A DNA stretch of 64,000 bases. Source: Schmidtea polychroa (taxonomy: Eukaryota). The position numbers and the translations under genes were made by a program. The notes under the pieces were generated by a model. The model saw nothing but the letters and a program-made list of their open reading frames with translations. It ran no database searches and was not told where the DNA came from. Positions 37,379 through 49,730 of the stretch are shown one piece after another (the first letter of the stretch is position 1; every line of letters starts with the position of its first letter). The stretch is taken from positions 16,246,001 to 16,310,000 of the forward strand of contig CM097885.1 of assembly GCA_044892525.1 (NCBI GenBank). The letters run 5' to 3'.

Positions 37379-40300
37379 TCATTTGATAGAATCTGATGTT
37401 AACTTTTCGAAATTAGTTTTTAGAACCTCTTTATGATCTTTAAATTCTTTATCACTTAGACCTTTTATATATTCAGGATCAGTATTAAAATATTTAAGTT
37501 CTAAAGATATAGGATTAAAAACTTGAGAATATAAAGGTCTGTCAATTCTTGGGGGATAAATGATCTCAACTCTATAAATATCAAGATCAGTAAGATTTAA
37601 ATCATAGACTTCATTTATTTTATCAAGACTTTTTATTATAGGGATTAAATCATTTCCTATAGGTAGTGTTGTTTTCATATCAGACAAGATGAATCTTTTG
37701 TCATCATAATTTGATAATGATACTTTTTGGGATTCTATCAAGTAGATATCATGCTTTTCACTTTTAAGTTGATGTACTTCATCAATTTTATCTTTATGAC
37801 CTGGATTCAATGTGTCTTTATAATCTTGATGAGAAAGTTTCCTGGCTACACATCTCTGAATTCCTTTACATCTGTTATCCTTTACAGGTTTCTCGGCTTC
37901 CAGTCCTCCCGGGAATATAGGATATCTATGTGTAATGCTTTCTTCTGTATCTGGGGTTTTAAATATAAATGTATGCTCTTCAAATTTAGGTTTTGTAAAT
38001 GTTTCGTATGAATATTGTTTAGCACGAATAAATATTCCATTTTCTATTGGGGTATTTGGTTTTTCATCTTTAAATGAAAATAACTCTCCAGATGAATTTA
38101 TTAAATTTGAAAGTATAGGATTTTCAGATATATCCCTTTCAAGGTCCTCAGTTCTTATTGTTAAAAACATTGAATCTGTATCCATTGCATGCATTGCTAT
38201 ATTAGGACCATATATAGGATGTAAGACATTATAATATGTTTCATACATTTGCAATTTTGAAAGTTCTAAAATTGCAAAGCCTATAAATATTGGTTTATTA
38301 TATGTTTTCTCAAAATTCTGTAGTTCTACTGCAGTAAGATTTTCAGAAAATACTTGTGCGTTTTTAAATGTAGGCTTTCCTAGCATACGATTATAACGGG
38401 CTACATCTTTTTCACTATTTGTCAAGAGTTCTATATTAGTATACTTGTCCACATTCTCCATTGTTTTCCCAAAGACTGAATTGTTTAAAAGTTTATAACC
38501 ATTGTCTTTTAAAAGGTTACCTTCTCTTTTTGCAATGTTTCTACAACGGATGTTCTCCTCGATGAAAGTCTTCATGAATGCTGCTTGTTTAAATCTTATG
38601 ACACTATGAACTTTTTTTAATATCATTCCTTGTGAAAGATAAAACTGTAGGAGTCTATAGTGACAAAGATAATAAGTTCGATCTGTTTGATCACAAAGAA
38701 GTTTCACTGTTGGAGGTTTATCTTGTGAGATTTGCCAGGATGAAAGTTCTTGGACATTAATCTTTCTTCTTATAGGAGCTAGAGGGAAATGTCTTGTTCC
38801 TGATTTTATATCACCTGGGTAATCGAGGTCACATTCTATAAAGTATCCTATTGGAGAATCTTTAGGGGTTGAACGTATTTCTTTTATAAGGTCTTTTAGG
38901 GTGGAACTCTGTATGGATTCTTCTTCTTCTTCTTCAGAGGAGGAGTATATCTCACGAAAGTCACTCATTGGTAAATACTGAGTCATAATTCCTGAATATA
39001 AAGCTGTTGCATCTATATAAAGTATAAATAGAGGATTTTTCATTCCTTCTAATACTTCTTTTAGTTCCTCATCGTTAAGTTTTATATATGGATCATCAGA
39101 GAGCATTCGGCTAGTAGTTATTGCATTTCTAGCTTTTATTTCTCTATTCCCCATTACTGAGGATACTCCTCCTCTAATGTTTGTTTTAATTAAATTAAAC
39201 ATGTCTTGCTCGGTTAAAAGATCTATAATTTTATCAGATTCTGGAAGATCTGAAGTCCAAATGGTATATAACATAGTATCCCAAGCTAAAGAAGGAGCTG
39301 TTATATAATTATAAGGTTTTAGGACAAAAGACTTTGTAAACTCTTCAAAGCAATCTGCCAGAATGTAAACATCTAAGGATAAGTACATACTTGTATATTC
39401 TCCTAAAGTTTTACAGTCGAACAGGTGAAACATTTTCTGAGCTCGGGAATATTCAGTGTCTGTAATCCCAGATTTTGAAAGTAGTGAATAAAAGTACTCT
39501 TTCTCTGGTAATTTTGTTTCCTTATATTTTTCAAAGGAGTCAACGTAGTCATAGGGATATATTCCCTTCGCCAAGCATGCGGAATATTCTTCTGCTGGTA
39601 TATTATTTTTTTCCAAGAACTCCCGAGTGATTTTAAAATCTTCTAGCTTTAATGTTTTTGCTATGCCATCTAAAGACATTTGGAGAAAGTTTAAGGAATC
39701 TATAAATTTTAATTTCCCATATTCAAGTGATTTATATTTTTCCTTTGTTAAGCCAATAACCTTGAAAGAGTTTTTGGCATTTGCTGCTAGATGCTTTATA
39801 AATAGATGTACGTCATAACCAAAAAGATTATGAAATATAACTGGTACAAATTTAGGAGTATGACAATTAAGATTGCAATCTCTATGGGCTGCTCCTCGAT
39901 AATTATTTTCACTTTTTAAATGATCGTGATCTATAACCTTATCATTAGTTGGGATCTCTTGTTTGCACATCCAACAGTTGAATGTATTTTTATATTCTTC
40001 TAATTGTTGATCTGAAATATTTTGAGGATACTTTGTTTTTAATGCTTCAAATATTTCATGTTCTAGATCATTTATACTTGTAGTAAAATGATCCAAGACA
40101 TCTTCTGAAGTTCCTTGAAATGCATATTCTCTAGATTCTATGACTTCGGGATAATTACTTTTAAATAATAATTTATAAGCAGATGGTAATTGTTTAGTTT
40201 TTTTAACACTATTGGGTTTATTATTTTTTCTTAGAAAGGCCTTCAACCTTGTTGGTTTCTCCTTCTGTTTAGAGGCTTTCCATTCATCCATGAGTTTATA

Positions 40301-41722
40301 TTTTTCTATTATTTTTAAATATTGCTTGACTAGATCTTGTTTATGATTTATAGATTCAAAGTCTCCGTAAATTACTCCTAATGTTTGTAATAAATTTGAA
40401 AAGTTTTTAAAATACATCCTGGGATCTGTAGGCATTCTAATTAAAGCTGGTGAATCCTTTTCACAAAATCTTGCATGCTTAATCATGGAGTTTTCAGTTG
40501 TTGAATAATGAAGACATCTTTTACACATTCCTCCTCCACTAGTTGGATTCTCTGGAGATGTAAAAGCTTGAAAGTTTTTTATTAAAATATAATGTTGATT
40601 ATTTTCATGTTCCAAGATTAAAAGATATATCTCCCTCGTGCTATCGCTTCCCTGTATTTCATAATCAGAAATATAAATTGGAATAATATCTCTGCATCCA
40701 CGTCCCCATCCTTTAACATGTTCATAAATATTAAGTTTAAGATTATTTAGTTTTTCAAATTCTGGAATGTCTTCTAGTTTCATTGGATGCATGAATCCTC
40801 CTGGGAATATTAATTCATTTTCATATTCTTTGTATTTTGAAACTCTTTGGGGGTTTTCGGTTTGAGGATGTAAATGTGCAAGTATTGACCACATGAAACC
40901 TTTGTTATCCTTATTCTGCACATTTATAACATTTTTAGATTTAAAGGGTGTAGGAATATAGGATTTAGGATTAGGTGGTAATCCCCTCCAATAATCAATC
41001 ACTAAAGATTGGAAGGAATGAAATACTAAGTTTGAATCTCCTAATTCATTTTCAATCTCTTCTTGTTTTGCTTCGACTGCTTGAATTATTTCTTTGATGC
41101 TTTTATTAAATCCTCTAGTTGAAAATAAATATTTAAAAGGCATTGGGATTTCAACATCTAAAGGAATTGTGTCTTCTTGTCCTTGGCTTTGCGCTCTCCA
41201 ATATTTTGCTTTTATTGTGATTTTATATTTTATAACATTATACCTTGTCGGTTTATAATTTTTTAAAGCCTCACAGAAAGAATCTTTTATATTTTTTTTA
41301 TTTCTCTTTATATATTCTCCAGGGGTTGCAGGTCCATTAATTTTTAATTTAAATTCATCTATATGATTAAAATTATCCCAGTTGTATTTTTCTCTTTCAA
41401 CATGATCAGGTTCTCCTTCTGAATAACATTCCTCATCCTCGGGATTTTCTTTTATATGTTCTTTTAAATGTTTTAAATAGTAGAAATTTATTTTTGTTGA
41501 AAAGTTACAATGAGGGCATGTAAATACTTCTCTAAGTCTCCCGATACAATTTTCAAAATGTTTATTATATCCTGAATGTAGATATCTTCCTTTACATTTA
41601 GGACAGAGTTTTGAATTTGTGTCATTAAGATTATTTTCTTTTAGTAAGTGAGCCTTCGACTTACAGTGGGAAATTAATCCTGTTTTATTTTTAAAAACTT
41701 TATTGCAAATATTAGAGTTCAT
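37379..41722 (-). CDS. Protein-primed family B DNA polymerase with N-terminal Zn fingers and an endonuclease VII-like insert
   Basis: YGDFES, CWMC..DHDH..RGAAHRDCN, FHNLFGYD, KLLNNSVFGKTMEN, DTDS, YDDKR. Confidence 0.95.
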   Translation of the reverse strand: MNSNICNKVFKNKTGLISHCKSKAHLLKENNLNDTNSKLCPKCKGRYLHSGYNKHFENCIGRLREVFTCPHCNFSTKINFYYLKHLKEHIKENPEDEECYSEGEPDHVEREKYNWDNFNHIDEFKLKINGPATPGEYIKRNKKNIKDSFCEALKNYKPTRYNVIKYKITIKAKYWRAQSQGQEDTIPLDVEIPMPFKYLFSTRGFNKSIKEIIQAVEAKQEEIENELGDSNLVFHSFQSLVIDYWRGLPPNPKSYIPTPFKSKNVINVQNKDNKGFMWSILAHLHPQTENPQRVSKYKEYENELIFPGGFMHPMKLEDIPEFEKLNNLKLNIYEHVKGWGRGCRDIIPIYISDYEIQGSDSTREIYLLILEHENNQHYILIKNFQAFTSPENPTSGGGMCKRCLHYSTTENSMIKHARFCEKDSPALIRMPTDPRMYFKNFSNLLQTLGVIYGDFESINHKQDLVKQYLKIIEKYKLMDEWKASKQKEKPTRLKAFLRKNNKPNSVKKTKQLPSAYKLLFKSNYPEVIESREYAFQGTSEDVLDHFTTSINDLEHEIFEALKTKYPQNISDQQLEEYKNTFNCWMCKQEIPTNDKVIDHDHLKSENNYRGAAHRDCNLNCHTPKFVPVIFHNLFGYDVHLFIKHLAANAKNSFKVIGLTKEKYKSLEYGKLKFIDSLNFLQMSLDGIAKTLKLEDFKITREFLEKNNIPAEEYSACLAKGIYPYDYVDSFEKYKETKLPEKEYFYSLLSKSGITDTEYSRAQKMFHLFDCKTLGEYTSMYLSLDVYILADCFEEFTKSFVLKPYNYITAPSLAWDTMLYTIWTSDLPESDKIIDLLTEQDMFNLIKTNIRGGVSSVMGNREIKARNAITTSRMLSDDPYIKLNDEELKEVLEGMKNPLFILYIDATALYSGIMTQYLPMSDFREIYSSSEEEEEESIQSSTLKDLIKEIRSTPKDSPIGYFIECDLDYPGDIKSGTRHFPLAPIRRKINVQELSSWQISQDKPPTVKLLCDQTDRTYYLCHYRLLQFYLSQGMILKKVHSVIRFKQAAFMKTFIEENIRCRNIAKREGNLLKDNGYKLLNNSVFGKTMENVDKYTNIELLTNSEKDVARYNRMLGKPTFKNAQVFSENLTAVELQNFEKTYNKPIFIGFAILELSKLQMYETYYNVLHPIYGPNIAMHAMDTDSMFLTIRTEDLERDISENPILSNLINSSGELFSFKDEKPNTPIENGIFIRAKQYSYETFTKPKFEEHTFIFKTPDTEESITHRYPIFPGGLEAEKPVKDNRCKGIQRCVARKLSHQDYKDTLNPGHKDKIDEVHQLKSEKHDIYLIESQKVSLSNYDDKRFILSDMKTTLPIGNDLIPIIKSLDKINEVYDLNLTDLDIYRVEIIYPPRIDRPLYSQVFNPISLELKYFNTDPEYIKGLSDKEFKDHKEVLKTNFEKLTSDSIK

Positions 41723-41793
41723 TTTTAGAATAAATTTTTTTACTGGATCCTATGTTTTCTATTTTTCTATTTTTATTTTTCTATTTTTTTATT

Positions 41794-41899
41794 CACCAGT
41801 ATTGTATTCACCAAGACCTGGATTCACCAAGACCTGTAGCACCAAGACATGTAGCACCAAGACCTGTAGCACCAGTATTGTATTCACCAAGACCTATAG
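41794..41899. repeat. 15/16-bp tandem repeat (CACCAAGACCTGTAG) x7 upstream of pPolB
   Basis: Directly visible. Confidence 0.9.
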
Positions 41900-41907
41900 T
41901 TCCTCCG

Positions 41908-42150
41908 AGTAGTGGGGATATATCCCTCACGACCGCAGGCCGATATACGTTTTTCATAGCTTTATAGCCATTTTTCTCCGTTTTGTAGGCTTAAATCCAT
42001 ATTTTTTAAATTTTGCGAAATAGAGCAAAATAAAAAATGTGCGTTTTTAAGGGTTTTTAGTGTTTTTTTGTACGTTTTTTGGGGTAAAATAGCCATAAAA
42101 CATGAAAACAGTGGGAGGCCTGTGGTCGTGAGGGATATATCCCCACTACT
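41908..42150 (-). repeat. Right terminal module of A, itself bounded by inverted repeats
   Basis: agtagtggggatatatccctcacgacc at 41908 and its reverse complement ending at 42150. Confidence 0.92.
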
Positions 42151-43399
42151 CCCCTCACTGGTATGGACAGCAGCGCCTTATAGCACTGGGATATATTTAC
42201 ACCATCATTTAGCAGCGGTACGTGTACATATATATGTATCTATGCTCCTCCCTGGTTACCATGATATTATCATTATTATTAGTAATTATATACATTTTTA
42301 ATTGAACTAAATAGAATTTTAATATTTTTGATTTGTACTGTTTTTATTGCCCTTTCTATATATTATTATTATTATTATTATTATCACATTTTGTGTCGGT
42401 GATACACAATTCTATTGGATGATGCGATTGGATCTGTACAAATGCCGCGTATATTTTAAACGATTATATAAGTTTACAATTTGTAAATAAACGTTTCTTC
42501 TGTATTTTTTGATTTTTGTTGGTTTTAGATTTTATTAATGTTTGCCTGACAGTCACACGAGTTACATGAAACAGGCTGTTATGTTTATGAAATCAATGTA
42601 CTTTACAGGAATTATATAATTAATATGGAGGAGTTACCGATTCTCTGACTTATTCCTATCCGGTTTATTGCCAAAGTTTCACGTAACGGGTGTTGAATGG
42701 TAAAGCTTTTTGGGTTCCTACTACAATACTAAAGTGTAAAATATAGTTTACCTGAAACCTACCATTACTATTATTATTATTCCCACTTTCATAACTATCA
42801 TATTTGTATGATTACGATCAGTGTTATTTAGTCGTTCTATTGTGGCTGTGGTTCCGATTTATATCATAATTGATTTCTGCCATTTATATCTTTATTATAT
42901 TAATAACATCTATATCGCTATTATAATTGTGATGTTGAGAAAATTGCTCTCATCATTAAATAGAGCCGTATATAAAATAGCAATGTTTGCGTGTAAAGCA
43001 AACTTTGTGTATATCGCATTTTTGCATTAAATTTTGAAAAACCGTGGCGCTCTCAAAAGGATCTAAAAATTATATGGCAAAATGTGATCTAGGTGTTTTT
43101 TTAGATTTTCTAGTTAATATTCCTATTTAAAAACCCTAATTTCAAAGCTAAATGTTACATTTAAGAAACTGTCCTACCAGATTGTCGTTGTTTACCATTC
43201 TATGCCTCCAATTCTATAATGGAAACAGAGTAACAATAATGTGATAATTCTTAATTTATCTGATTAATAACGTTTAAAAATAAAGTTCTGATTGCAGCTG
43301 AAAAGAGCTAATTGGGTCATATATATGAATCCTATATTATAGAATGTTGTTTAAATAATGTTTATTTTCTCGCTCATTCAATTCCATTCTCATTACTTT

Positions 43400-43950
43400 A
43401 TCAAAACCTTCCAAAATTGGGAGTTCATTTAAACTTATATCAACAGCAACGAAACGAAAGCGTCAGGTCTAAATTATCGCTGTTTGAACCTGGGAATTCT
43501 CATTTGCCAAAGTGGCTCAGCAGAGTAATTTTGGATTCAATGAAGAATTTGTTAGACAAGTTTGATGCTTGGAAAAATATTAAAACGATCGTGTGACACG
43601 ACATCTGTTAACAAATGGAGTGTAATTCGAATTCAAAGAGAGTTCGAAAGGAAAATATTAGAAAAACCACAGTTTATCTGTTGCCAAAGCCATGTACTTG
43701 ACCTGATTATTCGCCATTTGCTTGATTATTGTGTCCCGACACGTTCGGTCAAGCCCAATATGAACTATAGTTTTATTGAATCCGTTTCCAGGTAATGTGA
43801 AATTCTTGAGCGATAATATAGAAGAGAAGAGACACTCACACCGACTGAAAACCCTGGTTGGAGTGATGACTTCAAATTCCTCTTTGAAATGTGTGAACCG
43901 TATAACTTTCATCAGTTAAATTTCCCATCTTTAAATGGCAAAAGCTTCCA
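43400..43950 (+). mobile_element. Decayed DDE transposase, probably hAT-related
   Basis: IVCDTTSVN..ICCQSHVLDLIIRH..DDFKFL across frameshifts. Confidence 0.55.
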
Positions 43951-45670
43951 ACTTAGGCTAATAAAACTCTTTCACCCAGAGAGGTACATTTGACAGAATA
44001 AATCCAGAAATTAAGGAAGCAACCGAGAAGAAAACCAAAAGAACTAAATCAGTTTGAGGCAACTTGGCTCTCACCAGATAAGGCCCATACATTACATCAG
44101 CGCATCTTTCACTTAGACTGGACTAGAGAGGAAATTGTAACGGAAAGTCTGGCGCAACGGTTAGTATTTAGAAAACAACATGAGGCGTTGTTCAAGATGT
44201 ACACGGCAAAATAAATGGAAGCTCGAATCACGCAAGGAGCGGCCTTCATGAACTTAGATGTGATCTCCAGTCATCACTTACCTCCAACCAGTGGTGTAGT
44301 AGAACCTGTTTAAACAACTCAAGTTCCCCCTAAAGAGCCACCACTACTAATCTCATCCTAAATTTATTAATGTAAATTGTTTACTTATAAATGTCTAACT
44401 TAAATTTTGGATTTTAAAATTATAATTTTATTTATGACTCCTCAAGTAATATGACCATCAATCAAATACCAACTTCGCTAATGTAAATTACTTTATTATG
44501 TATGCTCAACTTACGTTTAATTTAAGATATAATTTATAAATTTTATAAATGACCCCTTAAACCCCATAACCGTCACTTATCACCCCAAGGTATTGATGAA
44601 GATTACGTATTGAACTCAACTTCACTTTAAAACCTAATTTATAAATTTCCTAAATGATCCCCTTATTTTATAATTTCAAGATTTCAAGATAAATTTCGTT
44701 GTTTGTTAATAAGTAAAATTCATTCATAAAATTTAACAAATTTGTGAATTTAATTATTAATTTACATGAAATCTTTTTTGTTTTAATAATATTGTATTTG
44801 AAAATTTAGCGAATGAAAAAGTGAATAAATTTATGAAATGTTACATTATTTAATATTAAATCAGGTCACTAGCTCTTAAAAAGGATCTCAGTACAAATGC
44901 AATTATTATTATTATTATTATTATATTAACAATAATATTATTAGTAAATCTGATTCGAGACCTTTAAGAGATCTAAATTTTATGCAAGATTAAATAAAGT
45001 AATTCGTTTAATTATTAAAAGAATTCATAACAGAATGTTATAGAGTTTAGAAAGCATTGATTGCCCTCATCGAATCGACAGCTCTAATTTTGGTAAACTT
45101 ATCAAAACAGATGTGAAAGCAAATTTCGAACATTTGATCAGTATTGTTGTTGCGGATTTTCGTTTAAATGCCTCACAAATAGCTGGCGAAATGTTAAGGC
45201 ATTTATCAATTTGATATAACGCAGTGTTAGTATTGCATTTAGGTGCATTTTACTGACATTCAGTACAGCAATAATTTATCCACAACTCATATAACATCAG
45301 CGGCGGTTTTCTCGTCAGTTCCACTCGTCATAGGAGCGTTTGATTTGTTGAGGCGATTTGTCAGCGCTTATATTCGGGTGAATTTTAATTTCATTTCTTT
45401 CAAATTAATTATTAATTTAATTATAATAATTATTCAAATTAATTTATATTAAATGTTTTTGATTTAATTAAATTGCTTTTATTTAATTATATAATTGCTG
45501 TTGATATTCAATTGGCATTTGCTGTGCGCGCTCCGCCACGTGATGATGATATCGGATGGAAGGCGAGAATGGCAATAATTACCACAATAATTATCTCATA
45601 TAATAAATATAATAAAAATATAATAAAAAAAGGCAAACAATAAAACAAATCAAAACCCAAAATAAATTCT

Positions 45671-47272
45671 TTATTGAAATGTTTTTTTAAATTTTTCAAT
45701 TCTGCACCTGAGCAGCAATTTATCATTTTTGGCTGCTAATTTATAGATTGAGCTGACAGCAGGATAATAAAAGCCAATTGAATTATTTCTGTCTTGTGAA
45801 GGTTTCCCCCATCCGGCATCATCAGGCAAATCTGAATATTTCCTTGACTTGCTCATATAAATGCTGCCATTTGCTGGATCGATCACATCGATTGTCACGG
45901 ATTGATTGAACGGCCAATCCAATTGCTCATCATTTGCCCCACGCATCAAACAGAAACCAGCCCAAACCCAAACACCCCTAATGCTCACCCACAAGCACAT
46001 TTTGTAACCGATTGGCCCGGAATAAAATGCCTCGCTGTAAATATTTTCATTTCTCTTTTGTTGTGAAAATTTATCGATTTGCCATTCAAAAAATCCATAA
46101 TTTATATATTTTTCATTTGCTAATTTTGTTTCAATCTGCCGTATTTCATTGGCGCATTTCGCCATTTCAATCTGCAGCTGAATCTCAAATTCAAACATTT
46201 CAATAAATCAATAAATCACCTTTTCATTCCCCTGTTGCAGCCGCCGCTCGCATTTCTCTTTCATATCATCAATTTGCTGTTGATATTTTGTTTCATTCTG
46301 CCGAATTTCATTGGCGCATTTTGCCATTTCAAGCTGCAACTGAACCTCAAATTCAAACATTTCAATAAATCAATAAATCACCTTTTCATTCCCCTGTTGC
46401 AGCCGCCGCTCGCCTTTCTCTTTCATATCATCAATTTGCTGTTGACATTTTGATCCAATCGCCTCAATTTGCTGTCTGACCTGCTTTGCATCAATAACAA
46501 ATCAATAATAAATCAAATCAATAATCAAACTTGATTGATTGATCCAATATTTGTCTCCATCTCCATTCTCAATGAGCGATTCTCATTCTTCAATGCCACC
46601 ATTTCCTCATTCAATTCTTCTATTTCATCTCTGTTCTCTTTCTCTTTCTTTTCAAGATTGCCCAGTTTCACCTACAATCACAAATATCAATAAAATTAAT
46701 TACAAATACAATTTTACATTGATATTGATAATTTCATTACGCAATGTCACATTCTCGTCTCTCATTGATTGCATTTCATTGCATAAATTACTGATCTGAT
46801 CGATCAATAATTTGCTATGGCCTTCAGTGTTCTCAATGAGATGGACTTTCATTTCATCCTTATCCACCTCATTCATTTCGCATCCGATTCTATTGAATGG
46901 ACATTTTATTGGTTGCTTGTTGCATGTTCTCATGTGGCTCTCCATCACCTCTAATTCGTCTTTGAATTGACAATTTTGCATTGGGCATCTCACTATCACT
47001 TCTGAAATCCTTAAATTGGCTGCATGATCTTCCGAAACATCCTTAATAAAATTTATCATTTTCTTTCTACAATGTTTTGCTGCTCCTGGACAGAATTTAT
47101 CTTTTCCATCCAAATAATGTTCAATGCAATCAGAACAAAAGCGACAACCGCAAGGAGCATGGCAAGCTTTTATCATTAAACACTTGCAAATTCTGCATAT
47201 CAATTCACTGCTGACTTCATTATCAAATTCAAATTTATTCCTCTTCATCAATTCCCATACGCTTGCAAACAT
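45671..47272 (-). CDS. TRAF-family protein copy C, spliced, apparently intact
   Basis: Same RING/ZnF/coiled-coil/MATH and short GT-AG introns as copy B; two 162-bp coiled-coil modules. Confidence 0.85.
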
Positions 47273-48989
47273 TTTATCTAAAATTAATAAAATTATCAAA
47301 ATATATCAACATTTTACAACATTCATAAATCATACTTATTATATTAATTATTTCCGCTGACGTTGACAATTTCAATATTTATAATTTGTATTTTGAAGTA
47401 GATAAACAAACATTTTATAAATATTGTATTTAGAGCAATTCGAAATATTATTAATGTTAATTTTTTCCATTTATTTTAAATCTTACAAAATTATTTAAAT
47501 TACAATTTGATAACGAAATGTAAAATTTTAACATTTTAACGGCAAATACAAATTAAAAATATATCAAAATATTAAAAAAAATATTTTTCATTAAATGTTA
47601 ATATATTGCTCTAATGATCTCGTTATGGTTACAAATATTTGTCTGACATTTTCTGATTTGTACAAGGTTCCTGTGAGCCCCATATTGACATTTTCACATT
47701 TTATTGTAACAAAGGTGCAATGATAAAATTTCAGATGCACAAAGCAATATTGATAAATTGGATTAGATTTAACACAATGAAAATCTTTCATTGTTCTTTG
47801 TTGTGTCATCGAACGCATTGATACATTGTGACGTGACTTATTAGGGGTTTCTATCAAGAGTTCTTCCTACAATAGCGAATGTGTAAAAGTTGATGGAATA
47901 GATCACAGGGCGTCAGTAGCATTCATCTATATCCATGCCCAGTGTGATAAATGCTTTGGAAACGCTTATTTTATTTAGTCTTCAATATTTGTTTATTGAA
48001 TGAGGGATTTTATGCCATTGCAGAATAAAGTATTTGGCAGTAACTGACATGGTAAATGGAGGGAATGAGGGGGCACAGGTTATATCAACAGTGACACAAA
48101 TATAATTGCATATCAATTATTCCGTATCCTACAAACGTCAATATTAGGAAAGGAAGAATCATTCGCATAGAATATTTAGCTAAGTATTACCTGTGGTGTT
48201 ACCTTGTGTATGAATATGAATTAATGACGAGTTGAGGGAATTTGATTTTAACCTTTCTAGATCCTCAATTTGAAGGTGTGGAAACTTGTACACAGACATG
48301 ATCCTACACTGACATATCAGATGGCATGCATGAAAGGAGCTGTACAAAACGGATGCTTACTCAGAACGGATAGCGAGAAATGTGTCCCAGACTGAGTGCA
48401 TTTGTGTAATAATTTGAGTTTGGAAGATTTTTCTTGTAATAATCTTGTATATTTCCTATGCAGTTGATTTCCTATAATAAAGTAATATTTTAAAAAAAAT
48501 TTACAAGTTAATTTTTACCATAGATAAAATTACGTTATTTTTGCGAAAATTAATTTTAGGAGTTTTTAAAATTTGGAGAATTTTTTTGAGTTGGTTAATT
48601 TAATTTGCGAATTTTCTAGAGTTTGGAGGGTTTTCCGGTAAATATTCCTGTATATTTCCTATTCAATTGATTTCAGATATTAAAATAATTTTCTGTAATA
48701 AAGTATATTTTTCAAAATATTTCTAAGCATTTTTTGTGAATTTGCATAATTTACTTTTCTTATGCTTTTGTTCATTGTCTTGCCATGTGTTAAAGAATAC
48801 GATTTCAATTCTATAATATAAGTTTGTCTTTGTTTCATAATATACAGAAAATGTTATATTATGGCGTGACCTATATTTTAATTTAGAGAGTTTTGAGCTC
48901 ATTTCCATGGAAACTAAGCATTTTTTATATACACTTATCTAAAATTCTTAATCGACCTTGAGATTGTACCAAGAGGTTGGTTCAGCGGT

Positions 48990-49730
48990 GACACTTCTAT
49001 CTACTATAGTAAGCACATAGAAAAGTTTTAAAAGTGGCGCAGAAAAACGAAATAAAATTAAGAAACAGCTTGAAATTGTTGAAAGCCACAAAAATGCATT
49101 TCATAATTATTTGAAAGTATTGTATGTAGTATTGTATGTGAAATTTGGTTACAGCAACATATAAGAAGCGATAAATGAAATTTACAATTCAAAAGAGGGA
49201 AAAAGTCACTGTATTAGAGCGAAGTCATTTAAAAAAAATGAACAAGTATGAAATTGTTCTAGTGACAGGAGTATGGAACGCAATTTCACAAAGGATTAAT
49301 GCTACGAACAAATCACAACAATCAAAAGAATTTGATTGAATGAAAGAATTAACATTATGAAATTCCTTGGAAGTCTTTATCAATAACTTCAGGCAAGACT
49401 TTGAGAAAGTTGAAAAAGTAGCAAATGAATTAACCAGTCTTTCAATTATGCAGACGACAAAAGAGAAAATAAATTTTGATGAAAATAAAGAAGTCGGCGA
49501 TGATTTTTCAAGAAAACAAAATTATATAGAAAACACGTTTTATGTTATATCATATAATGATCTAATGCATAGGAGAAAGATCGTTTTCAGTGAAAAATTA
49601 CTTAAGAAGCATAAGGGGAAAAGACAGATTGAATGATATGGCGCTTTTGTATGTTGAGAAAGATATTCTTAATCATATTAATACAAATAAAGTAATAAAT
49701 GAATTTGCAAAAAATGAATTTAGTAGAAAT
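48990..49730 (+). mobile_element. hAT (Tip100/ZMYM1-like) transposase remnants
   Basis: SGAEKRNK, WNAISQRINATNKSQQSK, RLNDMALLYVEKD..VINEFAK. Confidence 0.7.

Larger units (their letters stand above)
28261..42150 (+). mobile_element. Complete Polinton/Maverick (adintovirus-like) element A, 13,890 bp
   Basis: Ends AGTAGTGGGGATATATCCCT..AGGGATATATCCCCACTACT, ~108-bp near-perfect outer TIR, TSD CCCCTC at 28255-28260 and 42151-42156, full core gene set. Confidence 0.97.

Noticed and set aside
41794..41899. CRISPR-like short repeats
   Set aside because: No unique spacers, no cas genes, eukaryotic context
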